The position numbers and the translations under genes are program-made. This document shows positions 25,001 through 36,239 of a DNA stretch of 64,000 nucleotides, piece after piece. The stretch spans positions 11,346,001 through 11,410,000 of the forward strand of contig CP075493.1 of assembly GCA_021613535.1 (NCBI GenBank), read 5' to 3'. This DNA is from Adineta vaga (taxonomy: Eukaryota; Animalia; Rotifera). The notes below the pieces were generated by a model. It did not search any database. It saw nothing but the letters and a program-made list of their open reading frames with translations, and had not been told where the DNA came from. Every line of letters starts with the position of its first letter. The first letter of the stretch is position 1.

Positions 25001-25655
25001 ATTTTCTCTTTTGTAACATTTACATATTTATTAACACATTCAGAATAAATTCGATTCTATTTCTCAATGAAAACAAATTCACAGGATATTGCGGGTTTTC
25101 AATGAAGTAAGACTTATTGTATCGTTTAGACTAACACAACCACGACATCTACATAGTAATACTTACGTCAAATTGTATAGTCGATAAGAAATTTGTTTGG
25201 TTAGAAGCCACTGTCATTGTATAATGAGTGCCAGCATTCGTAGCTTTCCATGTAATACCTATACACCTCCATTAGATAAAGGCCAGTTAACTCATCCACT
25301 TACCGTATTGCGCACACTTGTTATCACTATCTGCCTCCATCTGAAAATCCTCGGAATAGAGGACACAAACCCGTTTCTTCGTAAAGATATCATAAAACCA
25401 CAATTCCGCCTGCAAAAAGAACCGTTGTATCAGTGATTTTGAGCATTAAGCTTCAATTACATACTTCGACCATCCATCTTTTTATAACCTTAACTCGGTA
25501 ATATAGATATTCATTTCTGACTAACGTAACAAATGATGGCATATAACAGTCTTGATATTGGTTTGGCTGCTGAGCACTACCCTTTTGTCGCCATGTGTAC
25601 ACATGAGGATCGGTGACGGCTTTGCATTCATATACTGCTTCCTGTGCCACAACTA
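22097..25655 (-). CDS. Multi-exon protein with two vWD/RGM-like domains separated by a Thr/Pro-rich mucin-like linker (5' end and last exons uncertain)
   Basis: Domain 1: CKAVTDPHV...FNIHVWQPAHLALKSTGIC...CIEDLMFTG. Domain 2: CSIYQDIYV...YIINVYQAPELVHQSTGIC. Many GT-AG introns with matching exon organisation in both domains. Confidence 0.7.
23676..23800 (-). repeat. 18/36-bp coding tandem repeat encoding TTTPRS/TTTPLL
   Basis: Units such as GTTGTTGTCGAACGCGG and GTTGTTGTCAATAGCGG alternate within the mucin-like exon. Confidence 0.9.
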
Positions 25656-26691
25656 ATAAAAATGAACATAAACTGTTAAAATATGTTAGCTTTCTTGATA
25701 GACAAATAGTAACCTTGGATGTTAAGTTGGTTGACGAGAAAAACGATAGCAAAAACCTGAAAAAACATTTGACTGGCCTGAAGAACAGATATGCGTGATA
25801 TAGTCTTTTAAAACTAGTTATATAAACTGTTGGGAAAGAATGAAGACAAAATTGATTCAGCTGTATTAATATTTTGTCTTTCTATCGCTTCTGAAAAGAT
25901 AAGAAAAACTTTTTGATCTGTTCTGATTGTTTTTGGCTTTATACTATAAGTGTTAAGATGAAATATTATTTTTCTCGTTGATATCGACCTTTCGGCGAAA
26001 AATAAAATATTGATGAAAGAAAACGAATTATTTCCGAGAATGAAAATGCTATAATCATATTTTTTGTCGATTTTTAACAGTTATCTTGCGTACCGATTGT
26101 CGGGTACCAGTAAGAATGAAAATAATAGGATTTTGATGTGTCCAATAAGTCTAAAAAATATAAGGAATAGAATGAATATGAGCGCTGACGACGGCTAAGA
26201 TTTTGGATGTAGGTAAGTTTGGGCGGTCGACTGAACAAAAGGAAACTATATTGTTGGTTTAATCATTCATAGACACACCAGGAATCACAATACTATTCAT
26301 AATCCATAAGATCATCATGTTTCATAAAGGCGTCATATTTGGAGAATGTCAACCTCATCGTTTGTGACATCTTCACGCACCGAATATATCGGTTTGAGTC
26401 TCCATTACACCTGTGTAAGCAGAGAATCCTAACCTCATAGAGCGGTGCACATACAACTATTGGTACTTTCGTGTCAAACTAGTTTTTAGATCTTATTATG
26501 CAAATCTTCCCGTAGTTCATTTACTCTCGCATATCTAAATTGATTACACATACAGGTATAGTCATGTATAATTCGAAAAGTATACAGATTCTCTATGTCT
26601 GGCCAATACATAAGAAAAAAGTGATTTTCGAGTTTCGTCATAACTTCCTATATTGCGAGATATAATCAATGCGAAAATTGGTAAAAGCCAA

Positions 26692-26766
26692 CATTCTGTG
26701 TACTTTTTATCCATGCTTCATTGCTTCTCATTACTCATTTTCCCTGATAGAGTGTCTTTTTATATA
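26692..26766 (+). promoter_or_regulatory. Conserved promoter block of His-rich gene copy 2
   Basis: CATTCT...TACTTTT...TCCATGCTT..TTGC.TCTC.T.ACT.ATTTTCC is shared with 20992-21066. Confidence 0.6.
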
Positions 26767-26836
26767 GCTGCTCTTTTCTATCGGGTAATAACATACATTT
26801 ACATCACTTCCCGTTCTTCATCATAGCATATAAAAA

Positions 26837-27106
26837 ATGAATAAACCTACTGGAATGAATACTGGAACTGCTCAACATTTTGCCCACGTTCGTGTGCAAC
26901 TACACAACGCTATTCATCAAAACAACCTACAGCAACTTCATCCTGCATTTGGTCAAGCTCATCAAAATCAACCAATACGTGCAGTTGCATTTGCATCTCG
27001 TGTGTCACATTATGGTGGTCAACAACCAGGTGGATATCCCGCAGCGAATCCTTCTGTAGGCGAATTCGCTAGACGCTTTGCTCATCATCTCGTTCATAAT
27101 AAATAG
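26837..27106 (+). CDS. Orphan His/Asn/Gln-rich small protein (89 aa), paralogue of 21137..21409
   Basis: Shares PTGM.T.TAQHF, QL.NA, QP, A.AS and F...F.H...H with copy 1. Confidence 0.8.
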   Translation: MNKPTGMNTGTAQHFAHVRVQLHNAIHQNNLQQLHPAFGQAHQNQPIRAVAFASRVSHYGGQQPGGYPAANPSVGEFARRFAHHLVHNK

Positions 27107-27502
27107 AGCATTCGTTCATAGATGATGATCGGTCATTTTATATACATAACAAACGCTTTTTTGTTTGCATTCTTTAAAATATTAAATCACTTACATATAT
27201 TGAAATCGATCAAACTATTTGATGCATTTTATATCAGTTGACAGACCGACACATATTTTAATTCAAAAATTGCTGTATAGTCATTCAAGAGACAAAACTA
27301 TCTTTTTGAAAGTTCCGACTCGTTAGAAAAGCCTTTTACGTAATATACAGAAGTAAATATCTTCAGGTGATTATTATAAGAGAAACATGAATAAAATCAG
27401 TATCTTTAAAAAAAACACATGAGTGACGGTTTCCTGGCTATCACAAACGTAGTTATCATATCTTCATATATACGTTCTCATTCTCCCTCACAATCTCTTG
27501 TT

Positions 27503-28819
27503 TTAGATAAATGATTGAAAACGAGATATTTGTTCACAGATATCATTAAAGTTGGGCCTTTGTAATACTTCCGATTTCATACAATCTTCTTTTAATTGAT
27601 CCATAGCTGTAATTAGTTTTTCGTTCGATTCATTTGGATCCATGCGTTCTAGCAGTTCTTCTAGAAGACAACCAAAAGCTCTTACTTCTACACGTTCTAT
27701 GGCGAAGGAATGATGCGAACAATATTGAGTGTAAAAAGTAGCTGCACCAAAGTCGCCTAATAAAGTTCCAGTTGCACCCACTAAGATATTATGAGCATAA
27801 AGATCACCGTGCATAATACCACGGCTATGTAGATGAGCGGCTGCTGAAGCTATTCCAGATGCAATCTGCATGAGTTTGTCTACGGTGAAAATCGTACCGA
27901 GCGAATAAGTATCTCGCGTACATGTATCAAAATTTGGTGGATCGCCTAAAATCTTGAAATCAGGTGGAATAAGTTCAAAAACTAGACCTTTCTGTTGTTG
28001 CGTATAATCAATAGTTCTACCTAAAATTTTGACAAGATTTTGATGAACACCTACGGCTATACAAGCATTCATTTCATCGGCAGGTAAACCATCGCTTGTT
28101 ATTTCCCCCTTGAATAACTTTACGGCGACTTCCTGTTGCGTCTGTATTTGTTTCCAGTTAGCTTTCGAAATGATACCCGAAGCACCTTCACCTAGCCGTT
28201 CTATTAATGTCAACTCATTCCATGGAATTTCTGTAAGATCACTAGCGACTTGTGGCAGTTTACTACATGCATTGGAAGAAAATGACAACCATGACAATTT
28301 CGGTAATGATAGTAACCACGAAGGTATTTCAGTAAATTGATTGACCGATATGCGAATGAGTTCTAAGTTTTTGCATTGTGCCATGCTCATCGGTAGTTCA
28401 GTCAGAGCATTGCCTGCAAGCATTAGTTTTTGAAGTCGAATACATCGTCCAATCGTAGAAGGAATAGTCGTTATACAATTGTTAGTTAATACCAGCCAAC
28501 GTAGTGTGGGTGAAAAGACCTGTTCAGGTATAGAGGAAATCTTGTTTGCTTTAAAACCTATCATCTCCAAAAGTGGACATTGCGACAGTACCAAAGGTAG
28601 TTCTGTAAAATCATTATTGGCAAAGAAAGCGATCTTTAGTTTTTGTAAACATTTGAAATTGTCAGGTAAGTGTGTTAGATGATTGTTCGATAAATCAAGA
28701 ATTTCTAGTGAGTCGGAGAGATTCAGTATTTCGTGTGGAAATGTTGTTAGTTGGCAGGTAAGTTTGAGCTTTCGAATACCGACAAGTTGACCAGATTGCA
28801 ATTGTTCCAGTGTATGCAT
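27503..28819 (-). CDS. Bacterial-type leucine-rich-repeat Ser/Thr protein kinase
   Basis: N-terminus MHTLEQLQSGQL, LRRs, then GEGASG, VAVKLFKG, TSDGLPADE, HGDLYAHNIL and LGDFGAA; intronless. Confidence 0.9.
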   Translation of the reverse strand: MHTLEQLQSGQLVGIRKLKLTCQLTTFPHEILNLSDSLEILDLSNNHLTHLPDNFKCLQKLKIAFFANNDFTELPLVLSQCPLLEMIGFKANKISSIPEQVFSPTLRWLVLTNNCITTIPSTIGRCIRLQKLMLAGNALTELPMSMAQCKNLELIRISVNQFTEIPSWLLSLPKLSWLSFSSNACSKLPQVASDLTEIPWNELTLIERLGEGASGIISKANWKQIQTQQEVAVKLFKGEITSDGLPADEMNACIAVGVHQNLVKILGRTIDYTQQQKGLVFELIPPDFKILGDPPNFDTCTRDTYSLGTIFTVDKLMQIASGIASAAAHLHSRGIMHGDLYAHNILVGATGTLLGDFGAATFYTQYCSHHSFAIERVEVRAFGCLLEELLERMDPNESNEKLITAMDQLKEDCMKSEVLQRPNFNDICEQISRFQSFI

Positions 28820-29329
28820 ATTGATTAATATTGCAATATTATATAAAAATGTAATGTTTGGATGAAAAATGTCGTATGTTGAATATTAGTCCGTACGTCA
28901 GAGAATAAAAAGAAAACGTTGTAATTTATTGTGCCTTCTTCTGTTCTTTACTGCTCAAGAAAAGAACAAACAAAAAAGAAAGAAACGTTTTTCTTCCTCT
29001 TTGGTATTCATAAAAGAAACTTTGACAGTATTCTATGTAAACATTTTTCTTATTTAGCTTCAAAAAGGAAGAAAAAAGATGCCGATGTATAGAAGGTTGT
29101 GGTTTATGTAACATAGGTATTGATTTATTCATTTTGTGATATGGCGTCATTTTTTTTTCCTTTCTTTAGATGAATATTCTTTTTTCTAACGTTTTATCAA
29201 GCCACGTGAAGGCGTTCTCTCCAAAGGTTATATTATGCAGCAAATAAAATGACTTTTTTCTCCTCGTTTTATTATCACATAGATGTGCATAGGCAATATA
29301 TTTACAATCAAATTTATATAATCGGAAGT

Positions 29330-31223
29330 ATGCAGTATGCCGAAGTGATTATTGTTGGAGGAGGTGTAGCAGGTCTTGCAGCTGCAAAAACACTGGGACC
29401 TCTGAGAAACTACGTTTTAGTAGAAGCTCAAAATTATCTGGGTGGTCGTATTCTTACAATTGATGCAGACAGTATTTGATAAAGATATCGATTTTTTCAG
29501 TAAATGATTTATCTGTTTTATTTTTTCCTTTTCAGCACCTGATCTAACTGTTGATTTGGTAAATAACATTTAAATACATGCCTATGTAGCTAATCGAATG
29601 TATCATCTATCATTGAGGGTGCACAATTTGTACATGGTGATAAGAAAAATATGGTGTATGACATTTGTAAAGAATTGGATATACTTTTGTCGTACGACAA
29701 TCTCGAAGATTCTGATAGTGGTATGTGACAAAAAAAAAATTTTTTGTTTGTCTTCTTTTCTCTCTCTCATAGAAACGTTAGTCGTAACATCAGAAGGCAG
29801 AATATTAAAATCTGAATTGATTGAAAAAGCAAGCGACCTGTGGGAACGTGCAATTGACAAGGCTGAAGAAAAATATAACGATCGACCAAAATCATCACCA
29901 GTATCATTTTCTAGTTTTGTACCAAAAGAATTTCAAAGAAGATTACTCTCATCGTCACTATTTTCGAGAGATTTGATCGAACCTATCACTGATTATTTTA
30001 TCAAACTAGAAATGACTGAAGCTGCTTGTTCAACATTATCTGATTTAAATTTAAAAGGTATGATAAAGCAATCTTTCTATGATGGCTCTCGATCAATAAT
30101 ACATGAAAGATTACTTTCGATTTAGAATACGTAGCTTATGCAAATCTTGAAGGTGAACATGAAAATGATTTGAAAAATGGTGGCTATCGGCCATTCATCC
30201 ATTATTTGAAGTCTTTCATATCTGATAAGAATCGTATTCGTCTAAATTGTGAAGTAACTGATGTAAAATTCATGAAACAAGATGCTAAATTAATAGTACA
30301 ACTGAAAGATTTGAATGAACAATGTACTAAAACAATGATCTGTGATCATATTATTTGGACGACTTCATTGGGTTATTTGAAAAAGAACTTTCATAGAATA
30401 TTTGCAGATGAACCGGAATTAATTCAACAGAAACAAAATGCTATTGCTAATATTGGCTTTGGTACAGTAAACAAGGTAATTAGTTTTTCAAAATAATAAT
30501 AGTAGAACATTTGTCTAACTGTATTTATTTCGTTTTTTGCATCAGGTTTTTCTCATATACAAAACAAAATTTTGGAAGCAGCATTCTACGAGTATTGTGA
30601 TGCTGCATACACAGAAGAATCAATCATTTCAAATGTCTACTTTATTAAGACAACAGTTGGATGCGGAGCAGGTCACTTCTGAAATTGTCCATGAAATTGT
30701 TCAAATGCTTTTCCATTACGACATTCTACTATCAACGAACATACCAGTTCTTATTTGTTGGTTTGTAGGTCCTGCTGCAATAAACATGGAACGTATTAGT
30801 TCATCAACACTTGGACAAATTTGTCATGAAGTTCTTTGCAACTATTTGAATATTGATCATATAGAGCACCAGCCGATCCACATACTGAAGTACAATGTTT
30901 ATTGCTCATATCAGTAGATCATTAGTAATCTTTCTTATGTTTCTGTATTTAGAAGTGCATGGCATAGTAATCCTTATATTTGTGGATCTTATTCATTTTA
31001 TTCTATAGATTCGACAAAACATGATGGTGAACAATTACGAGCATCTTATACACCTGATGGAGTATGATAATTACATGATTTAAACTCACTTTAAATATCA
31101 TTTTAGGTTGAGAGAATAGTATTTGCTGGTGAAGCAACACATGAAGGCTACTATTCAACGGTGAATGCTGCACTGGAGACAGGCATTCGAGCTGCCAATA
31201 AAATTTTATCTATCAATAATTAA
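29330..31223 (+). CDS. FAD-dependent amine oxidase (polyamine/spermine oxidase-like), multi-exon
   Basis: GGGVAG dinucleotide fold, LGGRI, DLGAQFVHG, GFGTVNKV, WHSNPYICGSYS and FAGEATH; about 8 exons, including a 23-nt micro-exon at 29536-29558. Confidence 0.88.
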
Positions 31224-31744
31224 TACATTTTCTTTATGGAACATACAAATAGTTATGAGAATGATCATGCCAATTTTACTTTTAACAAAAATATAAACCA
31301 TCAAAAAAGACTAAAAGAGTTTAATTAGAGTATATGAGTATTATCAATATTTCGAATCGTAACTATTGTCATTTCTTAAATATCCAAGGTTTACTATCGG
31401 CAACGGTATATTTATATCTTTCTATAGGCCAACTTTCGTAAACTCCATCATGAACTATGTTCATCGCTTTGCTATCTTCTAGTAACCTTCAAGCCTGCAC
31501 TGTGCAATATTTGCTTGTCCATATACAGATAATTTAAGTGCGACAATCAGCATTTGGAATACCATACCAATGTTTTTATACTTATAATAGTACAAACGAA
31601 AAATAGAATTGTTGCGTCATCATCAACGATGATTAATATTCTGTGTTACGTGTCAAACCGTAGTAGTGGGAAAAAACCCAATGTTAACGAAATATAAAAC
31701 AATGCTATTATCTTGAACATCTGATAGTAACTGAATTCGAAAGT

Positions 31745-32620
31745 ATGGCTGCTTCGAAGCATGTAGATTATGAATATATAAATGAGAATGAAATTGATGA
31801 AGAACTTAGATGTACCATATGTAAGCAGCCATTGCAATCACCTGTCAGTCTAGTAGTGTGCAATCACACTTTTTGCAGAGAATGTATTGAAACATGGCTT
31901 AATCAGATTCAAACATGTCCCACTTGTCGACAATCAACATTTGATAATAGTCGCCGTCGTTTTGGCGAAAAGCTTTCAATTCAGCCACTTCCATTTGCTC
32001 CAATTAATACTCGAATTGTACTCAATCAACTCGATCGTCTTCGTGTTCGATGCATACTTTGTCAAGAGAGCAACATTCAACGTTGTCATTTCAAAGATCA
32101 CGAACAACACTGTACCAAGAAAATAGTTTCGTGTCCGTCAGTCGACATTAAATGCATTTGGACAGGACCAAAAGACAAACTGGCTATGCACATTAATGAA
32201 TGTATATTTCAACAGATTCGACCTATCATTGAAGAACTTCAAGCAGATGTAAAGGCGGCTAAAACAGAACAAGTTGAGCTCACAAATTCTGTGGAGCTGC
32301 TCGAAAAGAAGGTAGTCTTCCTTCTCGCATTTATTAATAAGGGTAGCCCATTGGTTCAGAATTGTAGCAAGCCGATGCATGATTGCAAATATGGTAGTGA
32401 CCAGGCTTCTCAATCGAATAAGTTTTTTTGTTGTAACATATGCCATGCACAAATTCATCGAAATCAGATTGCACTTCACGCATGTTCAGGTGATTGTATC
32501 TGCCAAGAATGTCTTCACGACCAATACTCCGAGGACTATGAAAACGATTATGATGACGCCGATTATAATCGTCAACATGAATCAATGTTTTCACCAGATT
32601 CAGAAGATGCATGGCATTAA
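31745..32620 (+). CDS. RING finger + TRAF-type zinc finger + coiled coil protein (probable E3 ligase) with an extra C-terminal Cys/His cluster
   Basis: C3HC4 RING CTIC...CNHTFCREC...CPTC; TRAF-type finger C...C.WTG...H...C; no MATH domain. Confidence 0.88.
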   Translation: MAASKHVDYEYINENEIDEELRCTICKQPLQSPVSLVVCNHTFCRECIETWLNQIQTCPTCRQSTFDNSRRRFGEKLSIQPLPFAPINTRIVLNQLDRLRVRCILCQESNIQRCHFKDHEQHCTKKIVSCPSVDIKCIWTGPKDKLAMHINECIFQQIRPIIEELQADVKAAKTEQVELTNSVELLEKKVVFLLAFINKGSPLVQNCSKPMHDCKYGSDQASQSNKFFCCNICHAQIHRNQIALHACSGDCICQECLHDQYSEDYENDYDDADYNRQHESMFSPDSEDAWH

Positions 32621-32933
32621 TTCTTTTTTTGATATACCTATTCCAAAGAGTATTAACTATTAACTTTTTATTTATATTTCATCATCGCATGTCGGTGATT
32701 GAGTTTGTTGTTTTAGTTCTATGAATAAAAATATCTGAAAACTACATTAGACTTTCGTTTCAATTGTTTGTTTTTCTTTTGAATAGTTAACAAAAGTGAT
32801 TCTGAATAGTAAACAGCACGTAAATAATATCTTAACTTCCAATGTGCTTTATAACATGCAATTTGAAAATTTGACAATATAATAAGCGATGACATAGTTA
32901 CATCTACACATCAATCTATGGAACTAGTTAGCA

Positions 32934-33724
32934 CAGTGAAACCTCTCTAAGATGAGCACTAACGGGACCGCGTAAAAGGTGTTCATATTATAGAGGTTTC
33001 ATTTTGAACGAGGTTTGTGTATATAGTGTACGATGAGCATAAACACATGACAATGAATACTATATTCTTTTTATATTGATGTCTGTGATAGGCAATATAA
33101 AATTAAAAAATGTCTTTTTTATCTCCCCAAGTTTGATTTGTGATTACTGTATTATATAGCTTATTTTCTCATGTCCTTGTTTGGAGTTGGGAAAGTTCAA
33201 TTTTAGATCCGAATTGATGAACTGTTTAAAACGTACATTATCAAGAACTTAGTTGTTCAAATAGTTTTTGAGACAAACTTCAATTTTAAGAAACGTGAGA
33301 TCGGACGAACTGAATTGGTTTTACTTCATTAAAATATCTTCAAAACGATCTGTGTATAGCTCTATAAGAGTGACCAGATCCTAAAGCTGAACTGTTAAAA
33401 CAGTTTAGTTCTTTTTTGAAAAACGCTGCTGAATAAGTTCAGTTTGTTCAGACTAACTGTTCAAAACGTTTTCTAATTTATTTGAATAGAGTCCTTGAAC
33501 TTCAGCTAGACAACCCATACTTCTCATTGCATATAAGAAGGCGTGTTTATTCGGTGCATGTACATTATGCAGAGGTTTTCTTACATAGAAGGGACCAGAA
33601 AAAGCGTTCAATTTTTAGAGTAAGGAGGTGTTCATCTTATATAACTCTATTTACAGTACAAATCGGTCGGGACAACAGGAATATATGTTTAAATAGGAGG
33701 TGTTTATTAACAGAGGTTTCACAG
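32934..33724. mobile_element. pogo/Tigger-like non-autonomous element (MITE), probably with a nested insertion
   Basis: Left end CAGTGAAACCTCT and right end AGAGGTTTCACAG followed by TA; subterminal AGAGGTT/GGGAC motifs; internal GAACT/AGTTC-rich segment at about 33180-33520. Confidence 0.6.
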
Positions 33725-34532
33725 TATATCAATGGTTTAATCACCATACTACAGTTTTGATGGCCCGAGATTCATAAGTGTTATTATTATCACAATTAAA
33801 ATATAGGTGCTTTTTAAATCAGACAATGTCTACAGAATTTCATACGTTGATAACACAACATTTGTTAATATTGAGTAGTCATCCCAGTCCCACTCCAGAA
33901 TCACTTGTCTCTCCAATCGCAAGAACTCGATCGCTATACATCACACAAGATTTATTTCCAAAGTTTACTATTAAAATTGCGTATTTTGATTTACTACCGT
34001 TGAATAATAAACTTATTATCCATAAATTCATGTTCGTGTGTAATTATTCAGAAAAACTGACATCAAAGAGTTTTAAAATATCAGTTGAAAATATTTCCAT
34101 TGTGTTTGATTAATGGTATAGGCATTACTTTCAATAGTTCAATTTATAAAAATACATCTTTCATAAAGGCATTGTTAGTAGAGTTTAATTACACTATATT
34201 TTATGTATTCATAGTTCTAAAATAGTATCTTTCCTTTATTTTGTCTGAAATTATTTTTATCTAACAGAATTATATCCTGCACATTGTTTGTGATGAAAAA
34301 GTGAATAAGAATAAATTCATCATAGAATTGTTGAAATTTTTATTCAAAGATGTCAATATATCGAAGGAGAAAACCAAAAATTTAATTTTGCACATTCGCA
34401 ATCAAAAACATATACATTATAGTGTCAAATTATTTTTTTTTAAAGTGCACTCATGTCAATATTCGATTCATACATAAGACATTTATACATGCGCTCAAAG
34501 ATGTTAGTTTTTCATTGAATACTACATCTGCA

Positions 34533-36239
34533 TTAAACCAATGATTGATCTTCTTCTTCCCAGTAAGCTCCATCTTTGATATTAGCAAACATAATACAAC
34601 TATGAAATCGAAAGAATAGCGACATAGGTACAAAAAGAGCAGCTAAAATATCCCAACTACCACTATAGACACTGATTTGAATTTCATTCGTATCATATGC
34701 TTTAGCACTAAATGTATCAAATAGCCAAATAGCAAAACTTAATATAATCCACATTTGATTGATTCCTTTATTTAACATTCCATTGTATCGACGAACTTTC
34801 CAAATAATTGTCAATTGAAATGTTGTTTGAATAATTGGTATCAGAGAAGCAGTCAACGTCAACCAACGTATAGATTGAGTTAGTTCTTCTTGTGCTTCTG
34901 ATATAACTGAACCAACAAGAGTAACGCAACAGTAAATGTCCAAGAAAAGATTCGAGATGATTAAAATAGCAAAATCAATTATGAATTCCATATTCACTGT
35001 TTGACCCTGTGACACTTGTGCAAGAATATTTTCTTTCTGACATAATTTGTCTAATGAATAAATTGAATATAAAGACATAATGGATAAAAGGATGATTTCA
35101 CAAACTTCACTAATCAATGTTAACATACTGCTTTTCTCATAAACGACTGTAGTACTTCGACGATGATCGTCGTCATCCGTATTTGCTTCTTGAAATAAAA
35201 CGATGACTACTGAAAGACTTACTAAAAGAATTCCAATAGCAGGAAGTAAAATGGATGGAAATAAGATATCATTTTTTCCTAATGGACGTTTGATTTTCTT
35301 AAAACAAACAGAGAAACATGATAGCATATTTTTCGGGTACTTGCACATTGCTGAAACTTTTCTGTTAGCCACACAATTTATACAGGATATATTTTTACTG
35401 AACCATTGATAAAATTTTAAAATGATGTTGTTCTTGCTGGTACCAAGACATTCAGATATTATTAATAGTTCAATAAAAGAAGCGAATCGATGTTCTAAAC
35501 CAAGTGGATATAAAAAAGGTGCGATTTGATCAAATCGTTTTAAACCTTGATTACTCAGGGCTGCTATATCACATGAGTCAGGTTTATTCTTATGGAAGTG
35601 TACTTCTTGAAGAAGTATCTGTGCCCATTGAATTAAACAAAAGATTGATAAACACGTTAAGAATATTTTCGATTCTTTTTTCGTAAATTTGAATGGATGA
35701 TCAAGTTGATGAAGAATGAACATTAATATACATAATTGACATAAACTTTTCAAAAAATTTGCTGCCATCGATAGAGCAAGATTGGTCGAACAATGCAAAC
35801 CCGGTGCATAATTTTGATTAATAATTAAGATAAGCTGATCACCAAATCTTGTCATAATGAATAATGAATCGCCTACACCGAGAATAAACAGAAATGCAAA
35901 CACAATATTTGAGTGTTTTTTAGTGTGGATAGAAGTTTGATGTTCAATTGATACACTATGCGTGATAGATAGTACTGTTCTAATAATGCCATAGATTGTT
36001 ATTACATATGTGAACATTAGAAGAATATCGGCGATTTGACCTTTTTCATTGAATGCCGTTGTACTTGAGTCAAATAATGCAAATCCAATAAGAACTACGG
36101 ACGACAGGGGGAAAAGAATTAAGGTGATAACCCAAAAACAACTTATCAACGGTTTCGAAGATGCATCGTCATTTAAGAAGGATTTATCGACATTAGAATG
36201 ATTAAGATCTATATTTTCAGTAAGATCCAAATCTGCCAT
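34533..36239 (-). CDS. Otopetrin-like proton channel
   Basis: About 12 TM segments; FLYPLGLEHRF and FFRFHS match the otopetrin signatures FLYP..IEY and FYRFHS; ATG at 36239. Confidence 0.8.
   Translation of the reverse strand: MADLDLTENIDLNHSNVDKSFLNDDASSKPLISCFWVITLILFPLSSVVLIGFALFDSSTTAFNEKGQIADILLMFTYVITIYGIIRTVLSITHSVSIEHQTSIHTKKHSNIVFAFLFILGVGDSLFIMTRFGDQLILIINQNYAPGLHCSTNLALSMAANFLKSLCQLCILMFILHQLDHPFKFTKKESKIFLTCLSIFCLIQWAQILLQEVHFHKNKPDSCDIAALSNQGLKRFDQIAPFLYPLGLEHRFASFIELLIISECLGTSKNNIILKFYQWFSKNISCINCVANRKVSAMCKYPKNMLSCFSVCFKKIKRPLGKNDILFPSILLPAIGILLVSLSVVIVLFQEANTDDDDHRRSTTVVYEKSSMLTLISEVCEIILLSIMSLYSIYSLDKLCQKENILAQVSQGQTVNMEFIIDFAILIISNLFLDIYCCVTLVGSVISEAQEELTQSIRWLTLTASLIPIIQTTFQLTIIWKVRRYNGMLNKGINQMWIILSFAIWLFDTFSAKAYDTNEIQISVYSGSWDILAALFVPMSLFFRFHSCIMFANIKDGAYWEEEDQSLV

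Noticed and set aside
33482-34113. Two ORFs of about 100 aa
   Set aside because: Non-ATG starts; the first overlaps the MITE end; no recognisable motifs.
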